NCBI GenBank assembly: GCA_046583315.1
Contig: JAYGCN010000276.1
Span: 1-18,919, forward strand
Direction of reading: 5' to 3'
DNA from: Candidatus Hydrogenedentota bacterium
GTDB lineage: Bacteria; Hydrogenedentota; Hydrogenedentia; Hydrogenedentales; GCA-2746185
Length of the DNA: 18,919 bases
Shown here: in pieces, positions 17,022 to 18,919 of the stretch
How positions within the stretch are numbered: position 1 is the first letter of the stretch
Layout of the letters: every line of letters starts with the position of its first letter
Translations under genes and position numbers: made by a program
Notes under the pieces: generated by a model
What the model was told of the DNA's origin: nothing
Databases searched by the model: none
The model's input: only the letters and a program-made list of their open reading frames with translations

Positions 17022-18919
17022 TGAGGCACTTACTTTACTCCATAATCGTCTTGATCGCGATGAACACGGGCCTCGCCACAGCTGATACACTGTCGGTGTA
17101 CCCGCCCAAGATTCAACTTGATCACGGTCGTGATGCGCAACGCCTTGTCGTCACGTTGCGCCGCGACGATGGTGTCACGCTCGATGTCAGTGCTGAGGCC
17201 ACCATGGCTGTCGAGCCCGCAACGCTCGCAGGACGAACTGAATCGGGTCAATGGCTCGGTAGGACAGACGGTGAAGGGCAGATAAACGTCACCTTCAACG
17301 GACAAACGGTTTCCGTACCCACCGTCGTGCGCAATACCGCCTCCGATCCCGCGATGAGTTTTCGAAACGACGTCGAACCCGCCATCATGCGCGCCGGCTG
17401 CAATACGGGTGCCTGTCACGGTAGTGCCCAAGGCAAAAACGGTTTCCGCATGTCCCTATTCGGCTACGATCCTCCTCACGATTACATTGCCCTGACTCGT
17501 GTCTCACGCGGTCGCCGATTAAATACCGCCAATCCAGACAATAGCCTTATGTTGGCTAAACCGCTGGAACTCGTTGACCACGGAGGTGGTGCAGTAATCG
17601 TCAAGGATGAGCTCATCCACTCAATCATGCGCCGCTGGATCGCCGAAGGTGCGCAAGATGATCCGGCCGATCTCCCGAAGGTAACCGGAATCGACATTCT
17701 GCCCAAAGAATCCGTCATGCAGGGTGCCGATTCCAAGCAGCAATATATCGTCATGGCCCGTTATTCGGACGGAACGGATCGCGATGTCACCGACCTCGCC
17801 GTGTTGAGCAGCGTGGATGATTCGATAATCGCGATAGACGGCCACGGCCTTGCAACCTCCGGGAAGCGCGGCGAGGCCTACGTCATGGCGCGCTACAGCA
17901 CCTTTGCAGTGGTCTCCAACGTCATTTCCATTCCCAAGGATTCCGCGCCGCTCGCACAACCGAACCCGCCCGCAAACTTTATCGACGAACACCTCTACGA
18001 AAAATACAAGAAACTGAGAATCGCGCAATCGGACAAAGCGGAAGATGCGACCTTTGTGCGGCGTTTGTATATAGATGTCCTCGGCCTGTTACCCACTGTT
18101 CAAGAAACCCGCGCCTTTCTCGCCGACGAACGACCCGATAAAAGAGCAATCCTGATCGATGCGCTACTCGAGCGCCCCGAGCTGGCCGAACTCTGGGCCA
18201 TGAAGTGGGCCGAACTCCTACGCGTACGTACGGCAGGTGAATTGGACGCCAAAGGTATGCACCGCTATAACGACTGGTTACGCCTGGCGATTCAGGAAAA
18301 CCGTCCCATGGATCAGTTGGTGCGCGACCTGCTCTCGGCCGAGGGCGGTAATTTCTCCTCACCGCAATCCAATTTCTATCTCATTGAACGTGATCAGAAC
18401 CTGATGGCCGAAAATGTCGCCCAGGTATTCATGGGCATTCGAATGCAATGCTCGCAATGTCACAATCACCCCTTCGACCGTTGGACCATGGACGACTATT
18501 ACTCCTTTTCTGCCTTCTTTTCTCAGATCGGACGTAAACAATCCAGTGATCCGCGCGAAACGATCATTTACGACTCGCGATCCGGTGAAAGCAAGAACCT
18601 GCGTGATGGTCAAGTGATGAAACCGAAATTTCTCGGAGGCGCGACACCCGATCTTCAGGGACGCGACCGTCGCGAAGTCCTCGCCGAATGGTTGACCTCG
18701 ACCGACAACCCCTGGTTCGCGCAGAATCTCGCCAACCGTATTTGGGCACACTTCATGGGTCGTGGAATCGTCGAACCCACTGACGACGTACGCGTGTCCA
18801 ATCCGCCGAGTAATCCCGAATTGCTCGCAGTACTCGGAAAAAAGTTCGTTGAATACGAATATGACATGCGAAAACTAATCCGGGACATCTGCAATTCAAA
18901 TACCTATCAAGCCTCCACC
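17021..18919 (+). CDS. DUF1549 (PSCyt2)/DUF1553 (PSD1) protein with Ig-like domains and heme-binding motifs; truncated by the window edge, absent from the ORF track
   Basis: ATG at 17021 overlaps the upstream TAA; open to the window end. MRHLLYSIIVLIAMNTGLATA signal; SFRNDV..AGCNTGACHG; NFIDEH; FVRRLYIDVLGLLPT; MQCSQCHNHPFDRWT; NPWFAQNLANRIWAHFMGRGIVEP; NPPSNPELL. Confidence 0.9.
   Translation, partial: MRHLLYSIIVLIAMNTGLATADTLSVYPPKIQLDHGRDAQRLVVTLRRDDGVTLDVSAEATMAVEPATLAGRTESGQWLGRTDGEGQINVTFNGQTVSVPTVVRNTASDPAMSFRNDVEPAIMRAGCNTGACHGSAQGKNGFRMSLFGYDPPHDYIALTRVSRGRRLNTANPDNSLMLAKPLELVDHGGGAVIVKDELIHSIMRRWIAEGAQDDPADLPKVTGIDILPKESVMQGADSKQQYIVMARYSDGTDRDVTDLAVLSSVDDSIIAIDGHGLATSGKRGEAYVMARYSTFAVVSNVISIPKDSAPLAQPNPPANFIDEHLYEKYKKLRIAQSDKAEDATFVRRLYIDVLGLLPTVQETRAFLADERPDKRAILIDALLERPELAELWAMKWAELLRVRTAGELDAKGMHRYNDWLRLAIQENRPMDQLVRDLLSAEGGNFSSPQSNFYLIERDQNLMAENVAQVFMGIRMQCSQCHNHPFDRWTMDDYYSFSAFFSQIGRKQSSDPRETIIYDSRSGESKNLRDGQVMKPKFLGGATPDLQGRDRREVLAEWLTSTDNPWFAQNLANRIWAHFMGRGIVEPTDDVRVSNPPSNPELLAVLGKKFVEYEYDMRKLIRDICNSNTYQAST

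Overview
Bacterial chromosomal window. The gene content (DUF1501-PPC-DUF1549/DUF1553 cluster, lamin-tail/CotH protein, GFTLIELLVVIAII...FNHxPGGxNV...DGHV prepilin-type gene) suggests a PVC-like organism or Ca. Hydrogenedentota; this is inference only. From left to right: 5' half of tRNA-Lys(UUU) with a clear sigma70 promoter; a two-gene glycosylation cassette (GT2 polyprenol-phosphate sugar synthase plus putative GT-C membrane transferase) enclosed by two direct copies of the 3' end of a zinc-ribbon NUDIX gene, 3330 bp apart; an internally deleted DUF1559-type prepilin gene; an SDR; rfbD; an acyl-CoA ligase/enoyl-CoA hydratase pair; an unannotated 42-aa acidic lipoprotein with tandem hairpins; a probable operon of a thioredoxin-fusion protein, a UGSC-family selenoprotein (in-frame UGA plus SECIS-like hairpin, split in two by the ORF track) and a secreted CotH kinase; and a divergent DUF1501, PPC-domain and DUF1549/DUF1553 heme-motif operon running off the right end.
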